From the IMG/VR virus record IMGVR_UViG_3300022183_000055, positions 1 through 26,652 of that record: DNA of 26,652 bases. The stretch is one strand, 5' to 3'. Shown here one piece after another: positions 7,439-14,466 of this stretch. The notes below the pieces were generated by a model. The model worked only from the letters and a program-made list of their open reading frames with translations, was not told the origin of the DNA and made no database searches. A program made the position numbers and the translations under genes. The DNA is from a virus (Duplodnaviria > Caudoviricetes). Within the stretch, counting starts at the first letter, position 1. Every line of letters starts with the position of its first letter.

Positions 7439-7688
7439 TTTTTCCTTTCATTTGTATCTTTTGGTTTTCTTTAATTTGATCTACATCTTTCTGTACTTTA
7501 GCTTCTAAATAGCTTTGGTTCTTAGCAACCATTTGATCTTTTAACTTTAATAAATCTAACTCTTTATTAAGTTTTGATATTTCATTATCCCTTAAATGTA
7601 ATTGCTCAATATGTTTCTTTTCATTATTCTCATAAGTTCTAATTTTAGTTTGCATCTTTGCAAGTTCCATCATTACAGTATCTGTCAT
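7401..7688 (-). CDS. Coiled-coil hypothetical protein
   Basis: ORF track; heptad pattern. Confidence 0.75.
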   Translation of the reverse strand: MTDTVMMELAKMQTKIRTYENNEKKHIEQLHLRDNEISKLNKELDLLKLKDQMVAKNQSYLEAKVQKDVDQIKENQKIQMKGKNETKATDDRRKK

Positions 7689-7939
7689 TTTTTACCTTTC
7701 ATTACTTCTTCAAGTGTTAATTTATGAACAATAATATCCTGTACTGCCTGACCTACTATTGCTCCTATATCCATGTTTAAGTTACCTAATAAGGCTTTTC
7801 TTTCTTTAGCAGTTAATATTACATAGTCATTAAACCAAATATCTAAACTTTTATTGAGCTGCGAAGGTGATAAATGATCTGCTGTAAAACAGCCACCTTC
7901 TTCACCTTTTTTGCTCCACTCTTTTCCAATTGTTTTCAT
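7685..7939 (-). CDS. N-terminal segment of a RecB/Cas4-like PD-(D/E)XK exonuclease (stand-alone)
   Basis: HLSPSQLN..W..Y...M.IG.IVGQAVQ is the typical N-terminus of PD-(D/E)XK phage exonucleases; it stops before the catalytic motifs. Confidence 0.6.
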   Translation of the reverse strand: MKTIGKEWSKKGEEGGCFTADHLSPSQLNKSLDIWFNDYVILTAKERKALLGNLNMDIGAIVGQAVQDIIVHKLTLEEVMKGKK

Positions 7940-7945
7940 AGATTC

Positions 7946-7974
7946 TATTTATTAATTAATACAAAAAGTGTCAA
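7946..7974 (-). promoter_or_regulatory. Sigma70-type promoter TTGACA-17-TAAATA, predicted leaderless transcript
   Basis: -35 at 7974-7969 and -10 at 7951-7946; only 6 nt to ATG 7939; no SD. Confidence 0.55.
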
Positions 7975-7993
7975 TAAATTATACAAATTATAT

Positions 7994-8650
7994 TCAATTT
8001 GAGAGTTTATCATTATCAAATATTATGGTTGCATTAAAACTAAATGAGATTCTTTCGTTATCTTTATCATCTGTATTAAATGGATAAACAACATGAGATA
8101 GTGAGTTAGGAAATAATATCCAATCCCTAACCTCAGGCATAACTCTATAAGAATTATTATTAAACATATTTTCAGATCCTTCTATGAACTCTGTCTGACC
8201 TGAAAAATCATTATGTTCTTTTGCATTGGTTGTTGAAATCATTTTAGGAATTTTTAAATAACCTACGCAGCTTAAATGATAATTACCATGAACATATTCT
8301 GTGTGAGTATGGCAAGGGTTATAATCTCCAGGTTTTGATATTACATACCAAGCAGAATTAATTAAAACTGATTTAATTTTATGTTCTATATGATTTTTGA
8401 CATAAGTATTAATAATAGGATCAAAGAATTTTTGTTTCCATTTAAGCATAATCTCTGGTGATATTAGATACTCTGAATCTACATGACCTACCAACTTTTT
8501 AGACCAATCATGGTTCTTTTGTTTTTCTTTATCTTGTCTTATTTGTTTTAAATCATTTTGAAAGTCTTTCATTAGTTCTAATGGCATAACTGCTTTAGCA
8601 ACTGTTGAGCCAAAAGGTTTAAATAATTTAAAATTTATCTTGTCCGACAT
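7994..8650 (-). CDS. 2OG-Fe(II) oxygenase family protein
   Basis: FKPFG start with W..SKPGDYNPCHTH, LSCVGYL, FPNSLSHVVYP and RISFSFN motifs. Confidence 0.88.
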   Translation of the reverse strand: MSDKINFKLFKPFGSTVAKAVMPLELMKDFQNDLKQIRQDKEKQKNHDWSKKLVGHVDSEYLISPEIMLKWKQKFFDPIINTYVKNHIEHKIKSVLINSAWYVISKPGDYNPCHTHTEYVHGNYHLSCVGYLKIPKMISTTNAKEHNDFSGQTEFIEGSENMFNNNSYRVMPEVRDWILFPNSLSHVVYPFNTDDKDNERISFSFNATIIFDNDKLSN

Positions 8651-9140
8651 CTTCCTCCATTGGTTTAAGTTCTTTTAATTCTATTTTATATGCAGCAGGT
8701 CTATCTTGGTAGCCAAAATTTGATAGCTTTTCTGGTGGTAGATCATCATTATAAATAAATGAACCCATAATACTAAAATTAAAATCTTCGTTATTGTCTT
8801 TAATGATTAATATATAAGTACCTTTCTTTTCTCCAGGTCTTATTAGTAAAAAATTATATGATTTTTTTTCTTGGGTTCTTATCTCTATATTGTTTTGAAA
8901 GTCTGAGTCTGAATAGAATTGGTTATCATCACTATAAGAACCATTATAAAAGCTATTAGTTGCCTTTGCATAAGCAACCTCTCCTAAAGTTCCTAAGATG
9001 CCATCTGTTAGTTGTGATTTAATTCCTTTAGTGTAACCATAAGAAAAGGTTTTACCCATCTTTAAATTACCAATATATCTTTTGGCAGCAATATTTAAGG
9101 CTAGTTCTACTTCGTTAGGTTCTAGTTTTATTTTTATCAT
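8628..9140 (-). CDS. Hypothetical protein, possible restriction-endonuclease-like fold
   Basis: LGEVAYAK...SD..NIEIRT resembles a degenerate PD-ExK motif (R in place of K). Confidence 0.5.
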   Translation of the reverse strand: MIKIKLEPNEVELALNIAAKRYIGNLKMGKTFSYGYTKGIKSQLTDGILGTLGEVAYAKATNSFYNGSYSDDNQFYSDSDFQNNIEIRTQEKKSYNFLLIRPGEKKGTYILIIKDNNEDFNFSIMGSFIYNDDLPPEKLSNFGYQDRPAAYKIELKELKPMEEDVGQDKF

Positions 9141-9303
9141 TTCTGACTTGATCTAATTGTTTAACCCTTTTTTCATATTCTTCAATGCTTTCACCAGAAA
9201 AATATTTAAACCAACATTCTGCACAATAATCTTTGCCTTTCTCAACTACATCAGCTTTGTTTTTACATTTAATACAGGTTCTTATATCACCATACATATT
9301 CAT
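9115..9303 (-). CDS. Small zinc-finger protein
   Basis: CIKC...CAEC. Confidence 0.7.
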   Translation of the reverse strand: MNMYGDIRTCIKCKNKADVVEKGKDYCAECWFKYFSGESIEEYEKRVKQLDQVRNDKNKTRT

Positions 9304-10157
9304 TCACTATATCTATTACCTTTACTTATATTTTTACTAGCAATCAAATATTGAAGGTTATTTTCAACATGAAGTCCAGAAACATTTTTACCCTGAAGTG
9401 GCACAATATGATCTACATGATAACCTTTAGGACAATTTTTATATATTTCTTTTATCCTATCTAAATTAGACCATTTAGGAATTGCATTAAATTTAGCTGC
9501 TCTCCTTTTATTAGTTTTAGCATTCATTTTTGCCTTACCTTCTTTAGTAGAATAATATTTTTTTCTATATAATCTTTGTTTTTCCTTATTAATAGGATTT
9601 GAATGATATTTCTTATCTGAAATTTTTTTCTTTTTATATGCTTCTGGATTACTTCTATACTTTCTTTGTTCTTTATTTATTCTAATTATATATTTATCAA
9701 ATATTTCTAAATGTCTTTGTTGTTTTAAATTTATTTTTTTATTTAGTAATTTTAATTTTTTTATTTTTCTAGCTAGTTTTATGTTTTGCCAAAGAATTTT
9801 AGCATTTTTTTTTCTTTTAATAATACCTTTTTTAGATAATCTATATTTTTTTTGTTGTTCTTTACAATGTTCAGTTTGTCTATATCTTTTTAATGCTTCT
9901 TTTCTTTTTCCTGAAACTCTCCAAAATGTTAAACAACATTTTCTTGAGCAATATTTTTTTGTTTTTCCTTTTGATTTATCTTTAAATTTTTTATTACAAA
10001 TTTTGCAATTTTTTTCTTCAATATCTTTAAATTTTCTTTTAAATTTATTTAAAAAAGAACCTCCACAATATTTACTGCAATATTTTTTTACTTTATTTTT
10101 ACTTTTATCAATAAAAAGTTTATTACAGTTTAAACATTTATTTTTAATTGGTTGCAT
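9300..10157 (-). CDS. HNH endonuclease, probably homing
   Basis: C-terminal [24 protein letters not shown] motif; two N-terminal CxxC..YCSxxC repeats; extremely AT- and Lys-rich. Confidence 0.9.
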   Translation of the reverse strand: MQPIKNKCLNCNKLFIDKSKNKVKKYCSKYCGGSFLNKFKRKFKDIEEKNCKICNKKFKDKSKGKTKKYCSRKCCLTFWRVSGKRKEALKRYRQTEHCKEQQKKYRLSKKGIIKRKKNAKILWQNIKLARKIKKLKLLNKKINLKQQRHLEIFDKYIIRINKEQRKYRSNPEAYKKKKISDKKYHSNPINKEKQRLYRKKYYSTKEGKAKMNAKTNKRRAAKFNAIPKWSNLDRIKEIYKNCPKGYHVDHIVPLQGKNVSGLHVENNLQYLIASKNISKGNRYSE

Positions 10158-10206
10158 AATAAAAAATAAGTAATGCGATCTCTACTGCGATAATTGTTTC
10201 AAGCAT
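10144..10206 (-). CDS. 20-aa membrane peptide
   Basis: GGAGGTG SD; [20 protein letters not shown]. Confidence 0.55.
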   Translation of the reverse strand: MLETIIAVEIALLIFYYATN

Positions 10207-10578
10207 TTATTCACCTCCATATAAAGTTTTTTTGCCATCTAAAGCTGCACATTTATATTCAAATTCTTCTATTGATTCACAATTACCAACAAAGGCTGAA
10301 GTGGTTATGGGTAATTTATAAAGTCCTTGACTACCCCAATGTGTTGAATGACTTTCTTTATTTAATTTTATTCCTTCTAAAATAATTTTATCACCTTCTT
10401 TAATTGTTATTTCATTACCTCCTGCTGTACCCATAAAATGAAAATGAGCTGTAATTTTACCAAAGGCTTTATTTAATATTAAAGAACCTTGAACAACACC
10501 TTTTAAAACTTTTTTATCATATTCATATTCACCCTTTGACCTTTTTATAGGTACTAACTTTATTTTTTCGTTACTCAT
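10207..10578 (-). CDS. Hypothetical protein
   Basis: ORF track; AAAGGA SD. Confidence 0.75.
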   Translation of the reverse strand: MSNEKIKLVPIKRSKGEYEYDKKVLKGVVQGSLILNKAFGKITAHFHFMGTAGGNEITIKEGDKIILEGIKLNKESHSTHWGSQGLYKLPITTSAFVGNCESIEEFEYKCAALDGKKTLYGGE

Positions 10579-10777
10579 TATTTTCCTTTCCTGTTGGTTT
10601 TTGTATTATGTGATCTTTATGTAATATTCCTTTATGTAGATGATTTCTTTTACTACCTTTATTTGGTGGAATACTAATTATACATACTCTTTCATTTGAT
10701 GCTTTATTATATTCATTTTGAACATCTATACCTTTTTCTGCTAGTGCTTTTTTTACTGCTTTATTAATTTCAAACAT
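10571..10777 (-). CDS. Hypothetical protein
   Basis: ORF track; AAAGGA SD. Confidence 0.7.
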   Translation of the reverse strand: MFEINKAVKKALAEKGIDVQNEYNKASNERVCIISIPPNKGSKRNHLHKGILHKDHIIQKPTGKENNE

Positions 10778-10923
10778 TCTATTTTTTCCTTTGGTTTTAG
10801 GTTTTTAATTCTATTCCAAGTAACACCATTGATAGACCTAGATCCCTCAATGATGTTCTTGAAAGTTTGTATAGCCAATTTTTCTTTGTCTATATTAGTT
10901 GAGAGTTTTATTTTTTCTTTCAC
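10753..10923 (-). CDS. Hypothetical protein (56 aa, GTG start)
   Basis: Manual translation MKEKIKLSTNIDKEKLAIQTFKNIIEGSRSINGVTWNRIKNLKPKEKIECLKLIKQ*; fills the gap between neighbours. Confidence 0.5.
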   Translation of the reverse strand: MKEKIKLSTNIDKEKLAIQTFKNIIEGSRSINGVTWNRIKNLKPKEKIECLKLIKQ

Positions 10924-11080
10924 TTATATTCTTTTTTAATTGGTCTAATTTATTGCTCCAAAGCTCTTTCCAACCTTTAGGACAGTTCCATTTCATATAT
11001 TCTAAGTTCCTTATTCTCCTTTTATCCCTTAAATCTATATTAAAATCATAGACTAAAGGCAAACCATATTTATTTCTCAT
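10895..11080 (-). CDS. Hypothetical protein
   Basis: ORF track; AAGGGAG SD. Confidence 0.7.
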   Translation of the reverse strand: MRNKYGLPLVYDFNIDLRDKRRIRNLEYMKWNCPKGWKELWSNKLDQLKKNISERKNKTLN

Positions 11081-11097
11081 TTATCTCCCTTTATTTT

Positions 11098-11802
11098 TTA
11101 AAATGTATTAGCAATATCACTTTCTTTAATGCCTTCACTAAAAATATTACTAATTTTTATATCATTGTTACTAATATTATTTTTTATATCTTTAATATTA
11201 TTAACAATACTAGTTATTTTTGTTTGATGTTTTAATTTTAATTCTAATTGTTCTTGTTCTGAATAATCATCAATTGGACAATAATCATCATTTGGATATA
11301 AACCATATTCGTTTAAATCACTCCAATTTTTTATTTCTTCTTGATGTTCTTTCTCTAATTTCAATAACAATTTATTATAATGATTATTTTCACAGTTTAA
11401 TTTATAAAGTCTTTCATATTTTAAGGTTTTTAATTCCATATCTTTTATATAATTAAACATTCTTTTTGCATCATCGTAAATGTATTTAATTAATCTAGGC
11501 TCAACTTCTATTAATTTTCTTACTGTTCTTATATTTTTATTTTTAAATTCTAAATTACCATCAAATTTATATTCTCTAAATTTATGTTCATCTGTATATG
11601 ATCTAGCATTTTTAAATATATCTAATACTTTTTTTAAATTTATTTCTTTTCTTGATGTTTCAACCCACTCTTTTTTTAAATCAGCTAAATTATTAGAATT
11701 TTCACTAGCAATTGATTTAACTAAATTAACTGGTGTTTCTAGTGTTGCTAATAAACTATTATAAGCAGGATGAGAATATTTAGGTAAATTATTTTTTGTC
11801 AT
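11098..11802 (-). CDS. Hypothetical helical protein
   Basis: 234-aa ORF, very AT-rich; no recognisable motif. Confidence 0.7.
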   Translation of the reverse strand: MTKNNLPKYSHPAYNSLLATLETPVNLVKSIASENSNNLADLKKEWVETSRKEINLKKVLDIFKNARSYTDEHKFREYKFDGNLEFKNKNIRTVRKLIEVEPRLIKYIYDDAKRMFNYIKDMELKTLKYERLYKLNCENNHYNKLLLKLEKEHQEEIKNWSDLNEYGLYPNDDYCPIDDYSEQEQLELKLKHQTKITSIVNNIKDIKNNISNNDIKISNIFSEGIKESDIANTF

Positions 11803-11977
11803 AATTTACCCCCAATTTTTTAAGTTCTTTTCTTAACCACTCTTGAGCATTTGTTTTGTGTTTTGAGGTATATCTTAACCAAGTTATAGGCATTAAATAT
11901 TTGCCATCTTGAGCATTGGCAAAAGTTTGCCATTTATTATCCCAAGTTTTTTTGACTCCATATTCTTTAATATTCAT
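11789..11977 (-). CDS. Hypothetical protein
   Basis: ORF track; GGGGGAG SD. Confidence 0.7.
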   Translation of the reverse strand: MNIKEYGVKKTWDNKWQTFANAQDGKYLMPITWLRYTSKHKTNAQEWLRKELKKLGVNYDKK

Positions 11978-12150
11978 TTCTCCCCCTTTATAAATTTAAC
12001 TATTTTATTAAAGTATTTTTTAGGCAAAGGCAAAATTACTTCCTTTTTCCTAATTTCTGCGTCTTCCATATCCATGAATGAATAGAACTTCTTTCCTGGA
12101 TTTCTTTGTTCTAGGTCTTCTGTTATTGATTTATAGTCTTTAGCTTTCAT
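11974..12150 (-). CDS. Hypothetical protein (58 aa)
   Basis: AAGGGAG SD; MKAKDYKSITEDLEQRNPGKKFYSFMDMED...FIKGEK*; TAATG and ATGA coupling. Confidence 0.7.
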   Translation of the reverse strand: MKAKDYKSITEDLEQRNPGKKFYSFMDMEDAEIRKKEVILPLPKKYFNKIVKFIKGEK

Positions 12151-12518
12151 TATGCTCCCTTCTTTGGTTCAAACCATAAAATAACATTAGCCATAAAATT
12201 CCAGTAATTAGCTGCAACTTTATCTTTTAATTTGTCGCTAGGGTTAGGATCTATTGAACCCATTTTGACAGCTAGGTCAACTATTGCATCGTCATAGTAT
12301 TCAATATCTAATGCAAGACCAGATAACCATTCAGACATAGCTTTATACTTTCCAACTCTTTCAATATTCCAACCATACTCAGAATTGAATCTATCAAAAA
12401 TATAATTTATTTTTTCTTGGTCTTTAGTGATTGGCTTACCTTCTGAGTCTTCTTCAATAGTAGATAGAATATAATTTTTATAATTCTTTTTATATTCTGT
12501 GTGATGTAGTTTAGTCAT
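12150..12518 (-). CDS. Hypothetical protein, first gene of the leftward early operon
   Basis: AAAGGAAAG SD supports ATG 12518. The track start at 12563 falls inside the promoter. Confidence 0.8.
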   Translation of the reverse strand: MTKLHHTEYKKNYKNYILSTIEEDSEGKPITKDQEKINYIFDRFNSEYGWNIERVGKYKAMSEWLSGLALDIEYYDDAIVDLAVKMGSIDPNPSDKLKDKVAANYWNFMANVILWFEPKKGA

Positions 12519-12554
12519 GTTTCTTTCCTTTCTTGATTCGTTAAACATACTAAA

Positions 12555-12583
12555 CTTATACAAGTTTTGTACTATATTGTCAA
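12555..12583 (-). promoter_or_regulatory. Leftward sigma70 promoter TTGACA-17-TATAAG
   Basis: -35 at 12583-12578, -10 at 12560-12555. Confidence 0.7.
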
Positions 12584-12615
12584 ACTATATAAGCTAAGAT
12601 TGTAAAAATATTAAT

Positions 12616-12630
12616 GTTCGCTGAATGTTC
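12616..12630 (+). promoter_or_regulatory. Alphaproteobacterial LexA (SOS) box GTTC-N7-GTTC
   Basis: GTTC-GCTGAAT-GTTC in the divergent intergenic region. Confidence 0.7.
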
Positions 12631-12688
12631 TGATTGATTACCCAAAATTTGACATATAGAAGGTCTAGCAAGGAAGGAATAAAAGAAT

Positions 12689-13081
12689 ATGGAAAAGACT
12701 AAGAATGGGTTCGCTATGATCCCAAATTCAATAATATATGACGATAAACTTGGAAATGAGGCTAAAGTCTTATTTTGCTATATAAAGTCATTATCTGCTA
12801 ATTATAGGAACTTAAGAAACTCTAATTTATGCAAGAAACTTGGTGTTTCTGTTAATACTTTACAAAAGGCTAAAAAAGAGCTGGTTGATAATGGCTATTT
12901 AGTTATTCACAGGTTATCAAGTGCTAATAGATATACCTTAAGACTACCCAAAAATAGGGTAATCAGGGTGTCAAAATCTAAGCAGTCAGACTACCCAAAA
13001 TTTGGGCAGTATTTAGAGAGTAATAACAATAATAATAATAACAATAGTAATAAGAAAAAGTTTAAAGGTTTTAAGAAATGA
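12689..13081 (+). CDS. Replication initiator, N-terminal HTH type (lambda O-like organisation)
   Basis: FAMIPN.IIYD..L..AK.L..YI, HTH, then AKKELVDNGYL..NRY; internal iterons followed by an Asn-rich tract. Confidence 0.75.
   Translation: MEKTKNGFAMIPNSIIYDDKLGNEAKVLFCYIKSLSANYRNLRNSNLCKKLGVSVNTLQKAKKELVDNGYLVIHRLSSANRYTLRLPKNRVIRVSKSKQSDYPKFGQYLESNNNNNNNNSNKKKFKGFKK
12941..13011. repeat. Three tandem 23-24 bp semi-palindromic iterons (putative origin)
   Basis: agactacccaaaaatagggtaatc / agggtgtcaaaatctaagcagtc / agactacccaaaatttgggcagta, followed by an (AAY)n AT-rich tract at about 13021-13052. Confidence 0.7.
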
Positions 13082-13365
13082 ATGAAGATGAATATTACTA
13101 TAATAATGAACCTTTACAGTTAAGCTATAGGAACACCTACACCCCCCAAGACAAAATTGAAATTGTTTTAAAGATAGAAAATGACTTTAATTCTGGAATG
13201 CTCTCCGCTGAGCAGATGCGTTGGATAGTCAACAATCTTAAGTTTGGTGCTTGGACTGTCCAAAATATTATAGATAAAATGATGTTTAACAACAAGATTA
13301 AGATTAATCCAATTACCCTTGATAATAGAACATTTAAAAAGAAACCAACTCCTTTTGATTTGTAA
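13078..13365 (+). CDS. Hypothetical protein coupled to the initiator
   Basis: ATGA overlap with the initiator gene. Confidence 0.75.
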   Translation: MNEDEYYYNNEPLQLSYRNTYTPQDKIEIVLKIENDFNSGMLSAEQMRWIVNNLKFGAWTVQNIIDKMMFNNKIKINPITLDNRTFKKKPTPFDL

Positions 13366-13366
13366 T

Positions 13367-13382
13367 ATACTATATATTGTGT
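13367..13382. promoter_or_regulatory. NrdR-box-like site
   Basis: ATACTATATATTGTGT matches the consensus acaCwAtATaTwGtgt at 15 of 16 positions. Confidence 0.5.
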
Positions 13383-13393
13383 TAAAGAAATTA

Positions 13394-13485
13394 TAGACTA
13401 CTAGCTCCCTTGCGTTAGTCTAAATAAGTTATAACTAGATCTGGCAAGTGCTTTTCTATTCCTTTCTTTCTTGCCTTGCCAGGTC
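13394..13485 (+). ncRNA. Candidate two-hairpin RNA with pyrimidine-rich anti-SD loops
   Basis: Stem TAGACTA/TAGTCTA enclosing GCTCCCTTGC; stem GATCTGGCAAG/CTTGCCAGGTC enclosing a 21-nt loop TTTTCTATTCCTTTCTTTCTT. Confidence 0.55.
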
Positions 13486-13503
13486 GCTTAATAAATAAAA
13501 ATT

Positions 13504-13932
13504 ATGGCAGGTCGACCCAGAAAACTAACAGATAAATTAAAAGCTCATATATTGTCTTTAATTGCAGATGGATTAACAATTAGAGAATGTTTCTCTAGAG
13601 ATGATGTTCCTATAACTTGGCAATCATTCAGAGCTTATTTAATAAAAGATAATGAATTGATGGCTAATTATGTCAGATCAAAAGAATTGGCAATTGATTT
13701 AAAATTATCTGACTTGGAAGATAAAAGAAAAGAACTAGAATTAAAGATTGAGTCTGGTGATTTAGATCCAAAAGCTGCTCAATCTATGGTTAATCTTTAT
13801 AAAATTATTACTGCACATAATCAATGGTCTGCTAGTAAATTATCATCCAAAACTTATGGCAAAGCAGCCGAAACATTGCAAATAAAAGGTGATAACAACC
13901 AACCATTGTCAATATCTTGGACTAAACCTTAG
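13504..13932 (+). CDS. terS: Terminase small subunit
   Basis: AGRPRKL..I...IADG.TIR HTH and a W.ASKL..KTYG motif; ends ISW; upstream of terL. Confidence 0.85.
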   Translation: MAGRPRKLTDKLKAHILSLIADGLTIRECFSRDDVPITWQSFRAYLIKDNELMANYVRSKELAIDLKLSDLEDKRKELELKIESGDLDPKAAQSMVNLYKIITAHNQWSASKLSSKTYGKAAETLQIKGDNNQPLSISWTKP

Positions 13933-14172
13933 ATTAATTATGATTAAATCTTTTGCTAAACCTTCTAGAATTGTTGATTTAATTAATGTTGTGGTAAAAA
14001 CTGCACACATAAAAAGCAGATATTATACATGAGTGTTGCAAAAATACCAAATTGTTGCACAATTATCACACAATTATTTAAATCGGCTATAATCGTTTAT
14101 TATCGGAAGTTTTATATCAGTAACGATAAATTATCATTATGAATGTTGTGGTTGTAATAACTGAATTATGAA

Positions 14173-14187
14173 GAACAAATAGCGAAC
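14173..14187 (-). promoter_or_regulatory. Alphaproteobacterial LexA (SOS) box
   Basis: GAAC-AAATAGC-GAAC; its reverse complement GTTCGCTATTTGTTC closely resembles the 12616 site. Confidence 0.65.
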
Positions 14188-14262
14188 ATGGGGGGTTTTA
14201 AAAGTGGTATACCCACTTTTTGCGTTACCTTCTAAAATAATATTGATACAAGGCATAAACAA

Positions 14263-14448
14263 ATGGATGATACTTTTCTAAAAACAATAATCTTCATTAT
14301 GAAAGATAAGAAAACCAAGAAACCAATTGTGATTACACACTTTCAAGGTTTTGAGGATGAGGCAGAAGCTAACGACTTTTCAGAGTTTCTTAGAACACAA
14401 TTTATTTTACCAAGCGATTATCCTGATTCAAATGAAACAATTCATTAG
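14263..14448 (+). CDS. Hypothetical protein
   Basis: ORF track; directly upstream of terL and in frame with it. Confidence 0.7.
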   Translation: MDDTFLKTIIFIMKDKKTKKPIVITHFQGFEDEAEANDFSEFLRTQFILPSDYPDSNETIH

Positions 14449-14466
14449 GGGGGGTTTTGTTTTAAA

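Noticed and set aside
4936-7685. Intron joining the two nuclease halves
   Set aside because: The interval is filled with ordinary coupled genes; no group I/II intron features or maturase seen.
9157-11764. Plus-strand ORFs 9157-9354, 9781-10173, 10194-10385, 11220-11456 and 11480-11764
   Set aside because: Their F/L-rich, membrane-like composition is the mirror image of Lys-rich minus-strand genes.
12649-12677. Rightward TTGACA as the initiator promoter -35
   Set aside because: No -10 at the right spacing (GGAAGG lies there); better explained as part of the iteron copy.
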